DNA of 64,000 nucleotides from Octopus sinensis (lineage: Eukaryota). A program made the translations under genes and the position numbers. The notes under the pieces are model-generated. The model was not told the DNA's origin and did not search any database. It saw nothing but the letters and a program-made list of their open reading frames with translations. Location of the stretch: contig NC_043024.1 in assembly GCF_006345805.1 (NCBI RefSeq), positions 16,368,001 through 16,432,000 of the forward strand, given 5' to 3'. Of the stretch, positions 1-11,339 are shown one piece after another. The first letter of the stretch is position 1. The number at the start of each line of letters is the position of its first letter.

Positions 1-784
1 ATAGTGTTTACTCAGAATAACCCACGAAGGTATGGGGGTAAAAAACATTAAAAAATCACAAGTGCAAAGATTATTTGAGAACGTTACGTTTCTAGATCAG
101 CCAAATAAAATTCGACATTTCTTTCGTCAGCCCAAAATTTCTTAATTTGGATTTGGAAACACTGAAAGTAGGAACATACCCTTTTGGCGACTTAACACCT
201 CAGATGACCCGTTCAAACTGACAGTGCCAACAAATTCAAAATATGCAAGCGAAGAATTCCTGCTCTCCCCTTCCACCACGTGGGCTAAACTAGCAAACAC
301 CATATTTTAGCGGTGAAAACCAAGGCAATAAACAGAGAGAAATGAATTATAATTTCAACAATTGAGGGTAAAATTAATTAGTTATTAATCAATTTCACCA
401 AGTATTCAGTATGTAAAAGGACCATTTAAGGCGAATTCAAAATATTACATTATATAAAAGGGCTTAGTAAAATAAATTACTTTGCCACATACTGAACTCA
501 TTAGAAATAGCAGCCAAAAAAGTTTTTTTAGCTATTTCTAATACTTAAAGAAAATTTCTCTCAGATAGTGTTTACTCAGAATAACCCACGTAACGTTCTC
601 AAATAATCTTTGCACTTGTGATTTTTTAATGTTTTTTACCCCCATACCTTCGTGGGTTATTCTGAGTAAACACTATCTGAGAGAAATTTTCTTTAAGTAT
701 TAGAAATAGCTAAAAAAACTTTTTGGGCTGCTATTTCTAATGAGTTCAGTATGTGGCAAAGTAATTTATTTTACTAAGCCCTTT

Positions 785-792
<8 letters not shown>
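1..792. mobile_element. HHR-bearing non-coding tandem-unit element (period 564 bp, sense on minus strand) with an inverted short arm; runs off the window start
   Basis: 1-26 is repeated at 565-590. 589-676 is the exact reverse complement of 1-88. Arms 449-590 and 651-792 are inverted with 1 mismatch. The right end abuts (TA)n. Confidence 0.75.
74..136 (-). ncRNA. Type I hammerhead ribozyme core
   Basis: Minus strand reads tttggg CTGACGA a-aga...tct-a GAAAC g taa c GTT | ctcaaa. Stem I is 6 bp with one G.U; 10.1-11.1 is A.A. Confidence 0.65.
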
Positions 793-824
<32 letters not shown>

Positions 825-1093
825 CACATATATATATATATACATATACAAGATAAGAAAATGGAGAAATACATCAAAATCAAATATCAATTACCAGATA
901 ATACTCAATCACATACTTTATTAAACCACCACATAAGAGACTGTAGGGTTAAATATAAAAAGCAGAACAAATCAGTGTACATAAAGGAATGTACATAAAA
1001 AAGTGTACATAAAAGAGTAATGTTGTATAATAATTAGAATATATATAAAAAAGAATATAAATACAAGTAAGTATAAATATAAGTATAAATTAG

Positions 1094-1220
1094 ATCTTAC
1101 AGCTGTTTCGGCCATGTCGATAAGTATGTTTCATTTTACCAATATTGGCCCTTTATGGTTGGTCAATATATAGATATAAATGAGACATTAACAAAAATAT
1201 CACAAGGCCTCTTCGGAAAT
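1094..1220 (-). ncRNA. Type I hammerhead ribozyme, variant core (CCGAAGA), long stem II insert
   Basis: Minus strand reads attt CCGAAGA ggcc ...about 92 nt... ggcc GAAAC agct GTA | agat, with a palindromic stem III. It lies in an insert of about 940 bp between (TA)n tracts (about 850-1790). Confidence 0.55.
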
Positions 1221-1782
1221 TATGTAATATAACACAGTCTACACATATACCCACATGGGTGTGGGTGCGTACCCACAATACAACATATATATATATACGT
1301 ATGAGTGCATATAATCACACTCCTATACATATAAAAAAATATACATTTACATAATGATATAAATAAATAATATAAATTAGTAAACATATATATGTTCCAC
1401 ACCCAATGTCTCAGTTTTTCGACTTAATATTGTGATAATAAACATACACAAATTAATACCTAGATGCAAATATACATAGTCAATAGTACATTATATTACT
1501 TCATAATAGTTTCCAAAGTGTCATTAAAGTTAGTATCATTATCGTTGTCAATACAATTAATGTTATCATTGTTATCATTCATAATATTATTAATAACTCT
1601 TACATTATGATCCAGAGCAGAAATATGTATGTCCGTGTTCCAGTTAATAATTTTCCTTATGGCATAAATATACTATTGGATTGAATTTAAATTATCATTA
1701 TCTTCCTCACGGTTAGTCAATTGAGAACCGCCCAACCTCCACCACACCGTACAGGCAAAACATACACATCCACATCTAACCC

Positions 1783-1825
<43 letters not shown>

Positions 1826-1890
1826 GGTCCCGGGTTGAGTCGGGGTTAACCACAGTAAATAAGGTACTCAATACATAGCAGAGTAAATTA

Positions 1891-2025
1891 ATTTATTTTA
1901 TAGAAGGAGCTTCTACAGGACTAGAACTGTTTCATTCAAAAGAAATCATCAGGAGCCCAGACTTCCTGATGATTTCTTTTGAATGAAACAGTTCTAGTCC
2001 TGTAGAAGCTCCTTCTATAAAATAA

Positions 2026-2027
<2 letters not shown>
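1891..2027. repeat. Perfect 64-bp inverted repeat (fold-back), 9-nt spacer
   Basis: 1891-1954 is the exact reverse complement of 1964-2027. The element (about 1815-2030) is flanked by (TA)n on both sides. Confidence 0.95.
1962..2008 (+). ncRNA. Type I hammerhead ribozyme (mirror copy on minus strand, about 1910-1956)
   Basis: cttc CTGATGA t-ttc tttt gaa-t GAAAC ag ttctagtc ct GTA | gaag; 10.1-11.1 is U.U. Confidence 0.75.
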
Positions 2028-2068
<41 letters not shown>

Positions 2069-2097
2069 TACATAGACATATACATATATACATATGC

Positions 2098-2150
<53 letters not shown>

Positions 2151-2640
2151 TATATACACACACACATACACACACATATATACACACACACATACACACA
2201 CATATGTAAAGGAATAGGGATCTAGAATCTGGGCAGGTACATTATTAACACTCTGATATAATTCACATCTGGCTAACCACATCAAATGATAGGGAATGTA
2301 TGGAGTTGCTTAAGATAAACAATTAAACAGTACTTCACTTCATACATAAACCCCAAGTTCACTTCATTGGATTTCATCCAATATACAAGGTATAGAATCA
2401 ACACATCAAAAAGAAGAATGGAGAATATATGCCTCTTCAAAATTCATTTATTTATCACAAAATTGTTCTCATTAAATTCAAATCCTACATGCGTCTCTGT
2501 TGTGTAATTTGCCTAATGCCCTTTCATGTAGCCTTTATGTGTATTTAGTTGATTCAGTTGCAGCAGATATTCATCCAAGGTAGATATTGCTATGCAGCTT
2601 TGTTCAAGGTTTTACCTATTTGAGTGGGTGAGGCAAACTG

Positions 2641-2814
2641 AGGATAGATAGACAGATAGACAGATAAATGCACAGATAGACAGACAGACAGATAGATGGA
2701 TGGATAGATGGATAGATAGATAGATGGATGGATGGATGGATGGATGGATGGATGGATGGATGGACGGACGGACGGACGGACGGACGGACGGACGGACGGA
2801 CGGACGGACGGACG

Positions 2815-2868
<54 letters not shown>

Positions 2869-2935
2869 TAGATAGACAGATAGATAGACAAATAGAAAAG
2901 TAGATAGATAAATAGATATATAGAAAGATAGTTAG
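2641..2935 (+). repeat. Compound tetranucleotide microsatellite (GATA/GGAT/GGAC/CAGA)
   Basis: Directly visible blocks of related tetramers. Confidence 0.95.
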
Positions 2936-3255
2936 AACTAGCTACTTTCAATTTCTGTCTATCAAATCTACCCATAAATTTTTGGTTAGCCCAGGGCTAT
3001 AGAAAAGACACTTTTTGAAGGTGCTATGCAGTGGGTTTGGACTGAAGATCATGCAGTTTGCAAACACAAAATAACAATTACGTAGATTGACTCTATTTTG
3101 TGCTTTGATGCTTGAAATAACAATCTAGCTTCAGGGGTGGTGGAGAGAAGAGAAGTTAGAGAAAGAGAGAGAGAGAGAGAGAAAGAGGTGGAGGGAGAGA
3201 TGTGTATATATATGTATATAGTGATACACTTATACAGCTTTACAGTCAAATAATA

Positions 3256-4531
3256 TTAGGTCATCAAGAAAATTCTTGTGGAATTTAAAATTTTGGTTTT
3301 AAATGATGTATTTTCAAATTAATTGTCGTTAAATTACTTAGAGTTTATATATCATTTTAAAGCCTGTTTTTTGCTCTATCTAATCGTGTTACTCATTTTC
3401 TTTTTGAATAATTAGGCCATTTTTTCCGGAACATTGAATACAACATGGACAAAATGCAATGTCGCCCAATTTTCTTATTCCAGTTCAAGCTAGGCTGAAA
3501 AGCTGCTGAAAAAGCTTGTGATATTAACGATACATTTGGCCCAGGAACCACTAATGAACGTACAGCACAATGGTGGTTCAAGACATTTCGTAGCAGTGAC
3601 AAGAGTCTTGAAGATGATAAGCATAGTGGTTGGCCATCAGATGTTGACAACGATCAACTAAGAGCCTTAGTCGAAGCTAATCCACGCACAACTGTTCGAG
3701 AGCTTGCTTCTGAATTATATGACAATTTCCAACCACTTGAAAGAGACTGGAAAAACAAAAATACTTGAGAAATGGATGCTGCACGAATTGAATGACAACC
3801 AAAAAAACACCGTTTTGAAGTGTCACCTTACCTTCTTTTATGCAACAAGAACGACCCATTTCTTGACCAGATTGTGACTTGTGATGAAAGGTGGATTCTT
3901 TACAACAAATGGTGATGCTCAGCTCAGTGGTTGGATGCCGACAGAGCTCCTCAGCACTTTTTGAAGCAAAAGTTGCACCAAAAAAAGGTCATGGTGACTG
4001 TTTGGTGGTCTGCGGCCGCTCTCATCCATCACACCTTTTTGGATCCAGGCAAAACCATTACGGCGGAGAAGTACTGTTAGCAAATGTATGAAATGCATAA
4101 GAAACTCCGACAACAACAGCCAGCATTGGTCAATAGAAAAGGGACCAATTCTTCTCCACGACAACACTTGGCTGCACATCACACAACTGATCCTGCAGAA
4201 GTTGAACGAATTGGGCTACGAAACTCTGCCTCATCTGCCATACTCACCAGACCTCTTACCTACCAACAACCCACTTTTTCAAGCATTTTGACAACTTCCT
4301 GTGTGAGAAATGCTTCAAAAGCCCAGACGATGCCAAACACACCTTCAACGACTTCATCGCCACCAGAACACAGGATTTTGACGCTACTGGTGTAAATAAA
4401 CTTGTTTCGCATTGGCAAAAGTGTGTTGATTCTGATGGTGTTTATTTCGATTAATAAAGTTTTGTTTGAAGTGAGATATGTGCATCTGAATCTAAAGGTT
4501 GAAAACTGCAAGAACTTTCTTGACAACCTAA
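3256..4531 (+). mobile_element. Full-length decayed mariner transposon (1276 bp)
   Basis: Imperfect TIRs ttaggtcatcaagaaaattcttg and caagaactttcttgacaacctaa, with TA on both sides; internal transposase remnant. Confidence 0.9.
3445..4454 (+). pseudogene. Mariner transposase pseudogene (Hsmar1/SETMAR-like)
   Basis: MDKMQCRPIFLFQFKLG*KAAE..., NDQLRALVEANPRTTVRELA, CDERWILYN, LLHDN, LPHLPYSPDLLPTN; multiple stops and frameshifts. Confidence 0.9.
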
Positions 4532-4547
4532 TATATATATATATTAT

Positions 4548-4866
4548 TTTTTACTTGTTGTAGTCATTAGACTATGGCCATGCTGGGGCACTGCCTGGCA
4601 CTTGTTCTAATGGTCTCTTTTTACTGAACCTCTAAGTTACAGGGATGTAAACACACCAACACCAGTTGTCAAGTGGTAGCGGAGGGACAAACCCTGACAC
4701 AAACTTACACACACAACCACACACATATATATATATGTGATGGGTTTTTTTCTGTTTCTGTCTACCAAATCTATTCACAAGGCTTTGGTTGGCCCAAAGC
4801 TAAAATAAGGTGCCATGCAGGGGGACAAAACCTGGAACCATGTGGATGGGAAGCAAACATTTTACC

Positions 4867-4868
<2 letters not shown>
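4548..4868 (-). mobile_element. tRNA-derived SINE family A, degenerate
   Basis: Matches the better-preserved copies at 6814 and 51205, with a central CA/TA microsatellite. Confidence 0.8.
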
Positions 4869-4918
<50 letters not shown>

Positions 4919-5624
4919 TATATATATAGATATATAGATATAGATATATATAGATATATGTTCAGGTATGGTTTCTACAGCTAGATGCCCTACCTAATGC
5001 CAACTACTCCATAGAGTGTACTGAGAGCTTTTAATGTGGCACCAACACCAGTAGGTATCACTTCTGCAGGTGAAAATAAGTTGCTCTGATGATGAGAATG
5101 ATGATGACGATGATATATATATATATATATATATATATTTTCTATATATATAAAACTGAGAATGTGTGTGTGTATGTCTGTCTGTATGTTTGTGTGAATC
5201 CCTAAAACTTGAGAACTACACAAACAATTTCATTCAAATTTTACACATGCCTTACTTAGGGTCCATGTAGTGTCATGCGCATAAAAAACGTCTTGCCTAG
5301 GGCGAGCCCACAGCAATATCATATCTTCACTATTTCAGTATTACGTGTTAAAAGTGAAACAAAAACATCTCTTGATTGTAATGTCACATGCTTTCACTTT
5401 AATACCGAAACTAATAAAATGAAACTATTATATAACAGGGATGAACCATTAACAGTGGACATCCATTTTGCTAGAAGAAGATCCGCTATGGTCTTATATG
5501 CTACACCACTGGTTTTCAATTCATATTAATCAAATTAATATTCAATTTTTCACCCTTACTTACTTACATACATACATACATACATACATAGACACACACA
5601 CACACACACATACATACATATATA

Positions 5625-5945
5625 GGAGCACTCTGTCGGTTGCGATGACGAGGGTCCCAGTTGATACAATCAACGGAACAGCTTGGTTGTGAAATTAACG
5701 TGTAAGTGGCTGAGCATTCCACAGACACGTGTACCCTTAACGTAGCTCTCAGGGAGATTCAGCGTGACACAAAGTGTGACAAGGTTGGCCCTTTGAAATA
5801 CAGGTACTACTCATTTTAGCCAGCTGAGTGGACTGCAGCAATGTGAAATAAAGTGTCTTGCTCAAGAACACATTGCGTCACCGAGAATTGAACTCACGAC
5901 CTTACAATCATGAGCCAAATGCCCTTAACTACTAAGCCACATGCC
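5625..5945 (-). mobile_element. tRNA-derived SINE family B
   Basis: Minus strand head tgtggcttagtagttaagg...gtgagttcaattc, then gtgttcttgagcaagacactttatttcacattg; same body as 12590-12905. Confidence 0.75.
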
Positions 5946-5949
5946 TACA

Positions 5950-6224
5950 CATAAGAAATTGAAATGGTAAGGGAATAAAACACTGGAGTGAACTTCATTA
6001 GCTTGCAACTGTTTCTGCTCTAAGATACAATGTATTCATAGCTGAATGCTTCTGTAATACTCTATAGCTTCATTGAAGCTTCAAAACTGCTCTTCATTTT
6101 TGAAGCTCTGATGAAGCTATAAGGCACTCAACTATAAGTGCATTGCATCTTATAGCAAAAACAGCTGTAAGCTAGTGAAGTTCACAATATAATTTCTTAT
6201 TCCCTTGACATTTCCATTTCTTAT
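5950..6224. mobile_element. Decayed fold-back element with two degenerate hammerheads
   Basis: Arms at about 5950-6086 and 6097-6224. Plus arm: agct CTGATGA a gctataag...cttatagc a AAAAC agct GTA | agct (6104-6173). The minus arm keeps GAAAC but has lost CTGATGA. Confidence 0.65.
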
Positions 6225-6813
6225 TACTGTTCTGTAATCGACTGATGCTTTGTTCTGGAGCATAAGTATATTGAATTCTAACACCAGGTTATTAGTATCA
6301 CTATGGCTTAGTGAAATAATAATAATACATACATACATACATATATATTATCAGGTAAGAGTTGTAAATTGTATTGTTCAAATATTATCTGATAGGGAAC
6401 TCAATACACTGTGTAAAGAAGATAGATATGTTTATGGCATCAAAAGTCAACATTTTATATACAGAGAGTTGAAATAGCAATATACAGATATAGAGATATT
6501 AATATACATAGATAGAGAGATGAACAACGGTATCTATATAGATATTGATATAAAAACAAATATATATATTGATATTGAGATAGATATTGATATCAATATT
6601 GATACAGACGTAGATGTAGACAAAGTTATCAATATAGATATATATATATATTGGTATATGGTTGAAAGAAATAGCAAACTGAAGAAAGAAGACAAAACCT
6701 GGAGCAGATGGGAAATGTTGAAATAGAGAACAGTGAATGGTCGGGAGAGGAAGCATTGTCTGTGGAAAAATGGGAGGATTATAATAATATCAAAAGGAAA
6801 TATTAACTATAAT

Positions 6814-7220
6814 AGGCGCAGGAGTGGCTGTGTGGTAAGTAGCTTGCTAACCAACCACATGGTTCCGGGTTCAGTCCCACTGCGTGGCACCTTTGGCAAG
6901 TGTCTTCTGCTATAGCCTCAGGCCGACCAAAGCCTTGTGAGTGGATTTGGTAGACGGAAACTGAAAGAAGCCTGTCGTATATATGTATATATATATATAT
7001 GTATGTGTATGTATATGTTTGTGTGTCTGTTTTTGTCCCCCTAGCATTGCTTGACAACCGATGCTGGTGTGTTTACATCCCCGTCACTTAGCGGTTCGGC
7101 AAAAGAGACCGATAGAATAAGTACTGGGCTTAAAAAGAATAAGTCCCGGGGTCAAGTTGCTCGACTAAAGGTGGTACTCCAGCATGGCCGCAGTCAAATG
7201 ACTGAAACAAGTAAAAGAGT
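6814..7220 (+). mobile_element. tRNA-derived SINE family A, full length
   Basis: A box-like TGGCTGTGTGG, B box-like GGTTCAGTCCC, CORE-like ccttggcaagtgtctt, internal TA/TG microsatellite, tail gactgaaacaagtaaaaga. Confidence 0.9.
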
Positions 7221-8537
7221 GAAGAGTATTTGTGATGAGGGGGTTGGGGGGAGGAATAATGTAAAGAGTGAGTAAGAAGGAGGCAAACAGAAAGAAATAA
7301 TGTGAGAGGTGAAGGGAGAGGGATTAAGCCAGAGAGAGAGAGATTGAAAGAAGCGACGTGTGTGTGTGTGTGTGTGTGTGTCTGTGTATCTATCTATCTA
7401 TCTTGCTATCATGATTATCATCACTATTGTTTTAATGTCCACTTTTCCATACTGACATGAATCAGACAAAATTTGTTGAGGCAGATTTTCTACAACCTGA
7501 TGCTTTTCCTATCACCAACTCTCACCTATTACCTCAACAACTATGACTGAACAGACAGGATGGTCACGGTTAGAACGGCCTTTAATTAATGCTCTGCTTA
7601 ATGGTGCCTGTCCTAGGGCTAAACAACTATATACACAGTGTTATGTAGGCTTTATACCCCCAACTAATCAAATCCATTCTCGTTTTTCCCTTTTCCTAGT
7701 TAAAGGAACATTCTAGTAATTCTCCATAACTTTCAGTATCAAGTTATACCAAACTCTAATCTTTGGTAAATCTATTCAATTCCTCCGTTTGTTTCTTTTA
7801 TGATTTCCTAGAGTCAGTCCAGTTTGTCAATCTTTCCCATGCCTCCTGTCTTCGCTTATCCTCTCTGGAGGTGTCCAAGACTGATTCCATTTCAACAGTT
7901 TTATAAACTTTGACAATATCATTTACTTTTGTTTGTTCTCAGATCTGTTTCACTGTTTTATTTCCTCTCCATGTTATTTTAAGGGCGAGAAACATCATCT
8001 CTATCTTGGTGGACAAAATTGCTTCTGGTGGAAGAACGTCATAAAAGACCCGAGGGATTTTAGACTAAATTGTTCCAAACAATACTTATGCATAAACAAC
8101 AACAACAACAGTGACAACAGCAATAATATCGAGTAACATTTGTCTGATTTTTATGATTATTTTTCTATTTTTACTTATTTATTTATTTATTTATTCCAAT
8201 TGACTTGAATTAACTGTGACAGTCTACGTTATATTCTTTGGAAATTGGCAATGGAACTGTAGGTGGAATTGGTGGTAGTTGTGGTGATGGAATTGACGGT
8301 AGAATTGGTGATGGGTGTAGTGGAACTGGTGATGCTGCTTCCAGGAAATAAATGAAGTTACATCTTGAAAAGTATTGATGTGTGTGAGAGAGTGTGTGTG
8401 TATGTGTGTGTGTGTGCATGCACATGGGTGTGTGTGAGACAGATAGAGAGATAGAGAGAAACACATACACACACACAAATATACACAAAAATGCAAACAC
8501 ACACATATATACTTGTATACACACACACACACGTACA

Positions 8538-9093
8538 TTCTTTTATTCATTTATTTGTTTCAGTCTTTTGACTGCAGCCATGCTGGAGCACCACCTTTAG
8601 TCGAACGAATCAACCCCAGGACTTACTCTTTGTAAGCCTATTACTTATTCTATCGGCCTCTTTTTGCTGAACCGCTAAGTTACCAGGACATAGACACACC
8701 ACCATCGGTTCTCAAGTGATGGTGGGGGAACGCGTGTGTACCGTTGGTGATTTTTTTCCCTTTGTCTTCCCTTCTTTGGATCTTTCCTTTTCCTATGTTT
8801 CTGACAAAGAGCTCCACTTGAAACGTTAAATCCTCCTTCTCTCTTTCCTTTCCTGAGTGTCCAATAATATATACTTGTTCCACATCCTCGCGTTGTGTGT
8901 TTTCTCTTTGTGTTTTCATGTTTAGATTAACTATATGTATATATACGACAGGCTTCTTTCAATTCCATTCACAAGGCTTTGGTCGGCCCGAGGTTATAGT
9001 AGAAGACACTTGCCCAAAGTGCCACACAGTGGGACTGAACCTGGAACCATGTGGTTGGTAAGCAAGCTACTTACCACACAGCCACTCCTGCAC
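8538..9093 (-). mobile_element. SINE family A split by a nested insert of about 210 bp
   Basis: Tail half at 8538-8722 and head half at 8944-9093, same orientation. Confidence 0.8.
8725..8935 (+). mobile_element. About 210-bp element with a degenerate minimal hammerhead; paralog of 15569-15778
   Basis: ttt CTGACAA a gagc tcc actt GAAAC GTT | aaa at 8798-8830; clear similarity to the reverse complement of 15569-15778. Confidence 0.6.
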
Positions 9094-9095
9094 CA

Positions 9096-9134
<39 letters not shown>

Positions 9135-9215
9135 TAAATATTAGGGAATAAATCCAAATTACAGGGAAAAAATCAGATTTAGGATTAAATCGATTTTATA
9201 GTAAAATATATAAAA

Positions 9216-9520
9216 ATATTATTCGAGACAAAGCCACTATTTGCCAAAACAAAAAGGAAGACTTAATCAATACATAAAATTTAATAATAGTCAAAAAAAC
9301 CGCCACTACAATCGTTTCTTGTCTTGATCGACAATCTTCAGGGGACTCCAATATTCAGTGTAAATTAGACACTGAATTATTGGAAGTCCACCTGAAGATT
9401 GTCGATCAAGACAAGAAACGATTGTAGTGGCGGTTTTTTTGACTATTTATTAAAATTTTATGTATTGATTAAGTCTTTCCTTGTTTGTTTTGCAAATAGT
9501 GGCTTTGTCTCGAATAATAT
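9216..9520. repeat. Long imperfect inverted repeat (arms of about 146-152 bp, 7-nt loop)
   Basis: 9216-9361 vs 9369-9520, differing by a few small indels. The left copy extends to about 9125. Both outer ends lie in (TA)n. Confidence 0.9.
9388..9430 (+). ncRNA. Type I hammerhead ribozyme (mirror copy on minus strand, 9302-9344)
   Basis: ccac CTGAAGA ttgtc gatcaa gacaa GAAAC gatt GTA | gtgg; all core nucleotides and stems present. Confidence 0.85.
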
Positions 9521-9586
9521 ATATATATATATTATATATATATATACCCACATAAATATATGCAAATATATTTATGTATATATATA

Positions 9587-9617
<31 letters not shown>

Positions 9618-9677
9618 TATATATATATATATATATACCCACATAAATATATGCAAATATATTTATGTATATATATA

Positions 9678-9727
<50 letters not shown>

Positions 9728-10054
9728 TACACATAATACTACATACATATACAAACATATATTGATCGTTTCCTTCTATGCACCCCCACCCATCCACATA
9801 GTAATGGAGGGAAAAAGAGAATCTAGAAAAAAGAAAAGCAGTTCTTTATTTCATTCATTCCTTTTCTCTTTCTTTCTTTCACTCTCTCTCTTCCCCTCTC
9901 TCTCTCTCTCTCTCTTTGTCTGTCTTCCTCTCTCTCACCTTTATTTTCTTTTCTTTCTTTTCTCTAATTAATTACCTGATTCATTATTCTGTATTTCCAA
10001 ATCCGATGGACAACAGAAAACCAGTCAAAAGAAACATTTTAGAGGTGGTTAGAG

Positions 10055-10250
10055 CTGGTTGGAGTTATTGTGATGGTAGTAGTTGGTGTGGTGATGGCTG
10101 TGGTACTCAAGGTGGTGATGGTAATGGAGATGGTGGTGATGATGATGGTGATGATAGTGATAATAAGTTCTGTAATAATTGTCTTGAGTTATTTGGAGGA
10201 AGGGTGGTAGTTGTGTGGTGGTTGTGTCTCGTGTGATTATTGTGATAGGA
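10055..10250 (+). repeat. Degenerate (GGT)/(GAT) trinucleotide tract
   Basis: Visible low complexity. Confidence 0.8.
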
Positions 10251-10272
10251 TGGTAGTGTATTGTATAACCAT

Positions 10273-10795
10273 TTATGTCTCTATTCTTCCATGCCATTCT
10301 TCTTCAATACCTCTGTTCTTCCATGTCTCTATTCTTCCATGTTTCTATTCTTCCATGTCTCTATCCTTCCATGCCCCTGTTTTTTCATGTCTCTATTCTT
10401 CCATGCCTCTATATTTCCATACCCCTATCCTTCCATGCTATTGTTCTTCCATGCCCCTATTCTTCCATACCCCTATCCTTCCATGCCCCTGTTTTTTCAT
10501 GTTCCTGTTCTTCCATGTCTCTGTTCTTCCATGCCCCTATTCTTCCATGCCTCTATTACTCCATGCTTCTGGTCTTCCATGCCTGTTCTCCTATATCACT
10601 GTTATTCCATGCCTCTATTCTTCTATGTCTCTATTCTTCCCTGTCTCTGTACTTCCATACATCTATTCTTCCATATCTCTGTTCTCCTATATCACTGTTA
10701 TTCCATGCCTCTATTCTTCTATGTCTCTGTTCTTCTATGTTCCTGTTCTTCAATACATCTATTCTCCTATGTGTCTATTCTTCCATGCCTCTATC
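10273..10795 (+). repeat. 16-bp minisatellite, consensus about ccatgcctctattctt, roughly 30 degenerate copies
   Basis: Repeated ttccatg spaced 16 nt apart; this explains the three overlapping long ORFs. Confidence 0.9.
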
Positions 10796-11339
10796 ACTCA
10801 TGATTTTCATGCTCTAAGGAGATAGTTGAGTAAGCAAAGGGATTTATATAGTCACAACAAGGATATGGCTACCTCTCCAGAGTGTGCTGGGTGCTTGTTT
10901 GTACCATCAGCACCAGAGAGGGGCTGATGTTATGTCTTCCACAAAACTAAAGGGTCCTCACAACCTCTCACTTTACAGAGGTACGGCATGTGTTGTTCTT
11001 TTGTGGCACCAACACTAAAGAGGTTGCCATATCTTTGTCATGACTAAACAGATCCCTCTGCTTGCTCAACCACCTCCTTACAGTATGAGAATCATGAATG
11101 ATAGAGGCATGTCTTCCTGGGTCTCCCTCTTTCGCAAGTTCTAACAACAGACACATACACATTGTGAATGTGTGCCTCACTCCTTATATGTATATGAGGG
11201 AATTTAGTATCTATTTCTGACAGGTTGAAAAACCCTGTAGTGTCACACAGTTTGATGACATTGATGGAGGTGGTTGTGGTGGTGGTGATGGGCATGGCAT
11301 TAATAGTGCTGCAGCAGACATAGGACCTTGCAGAGCTCT

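Noticed and set aside
6814-6890. tRNA genes at SINE heads
   Set aside because: A/B boxes are present, but they continue into SINE bodies and I could not build complete cloverleafs.
10211-10825. Three overlapping ORFs of 180-204 aa
   Set aside because: Produced by the 16-bp minisatellite; all frames open and no protein signature.
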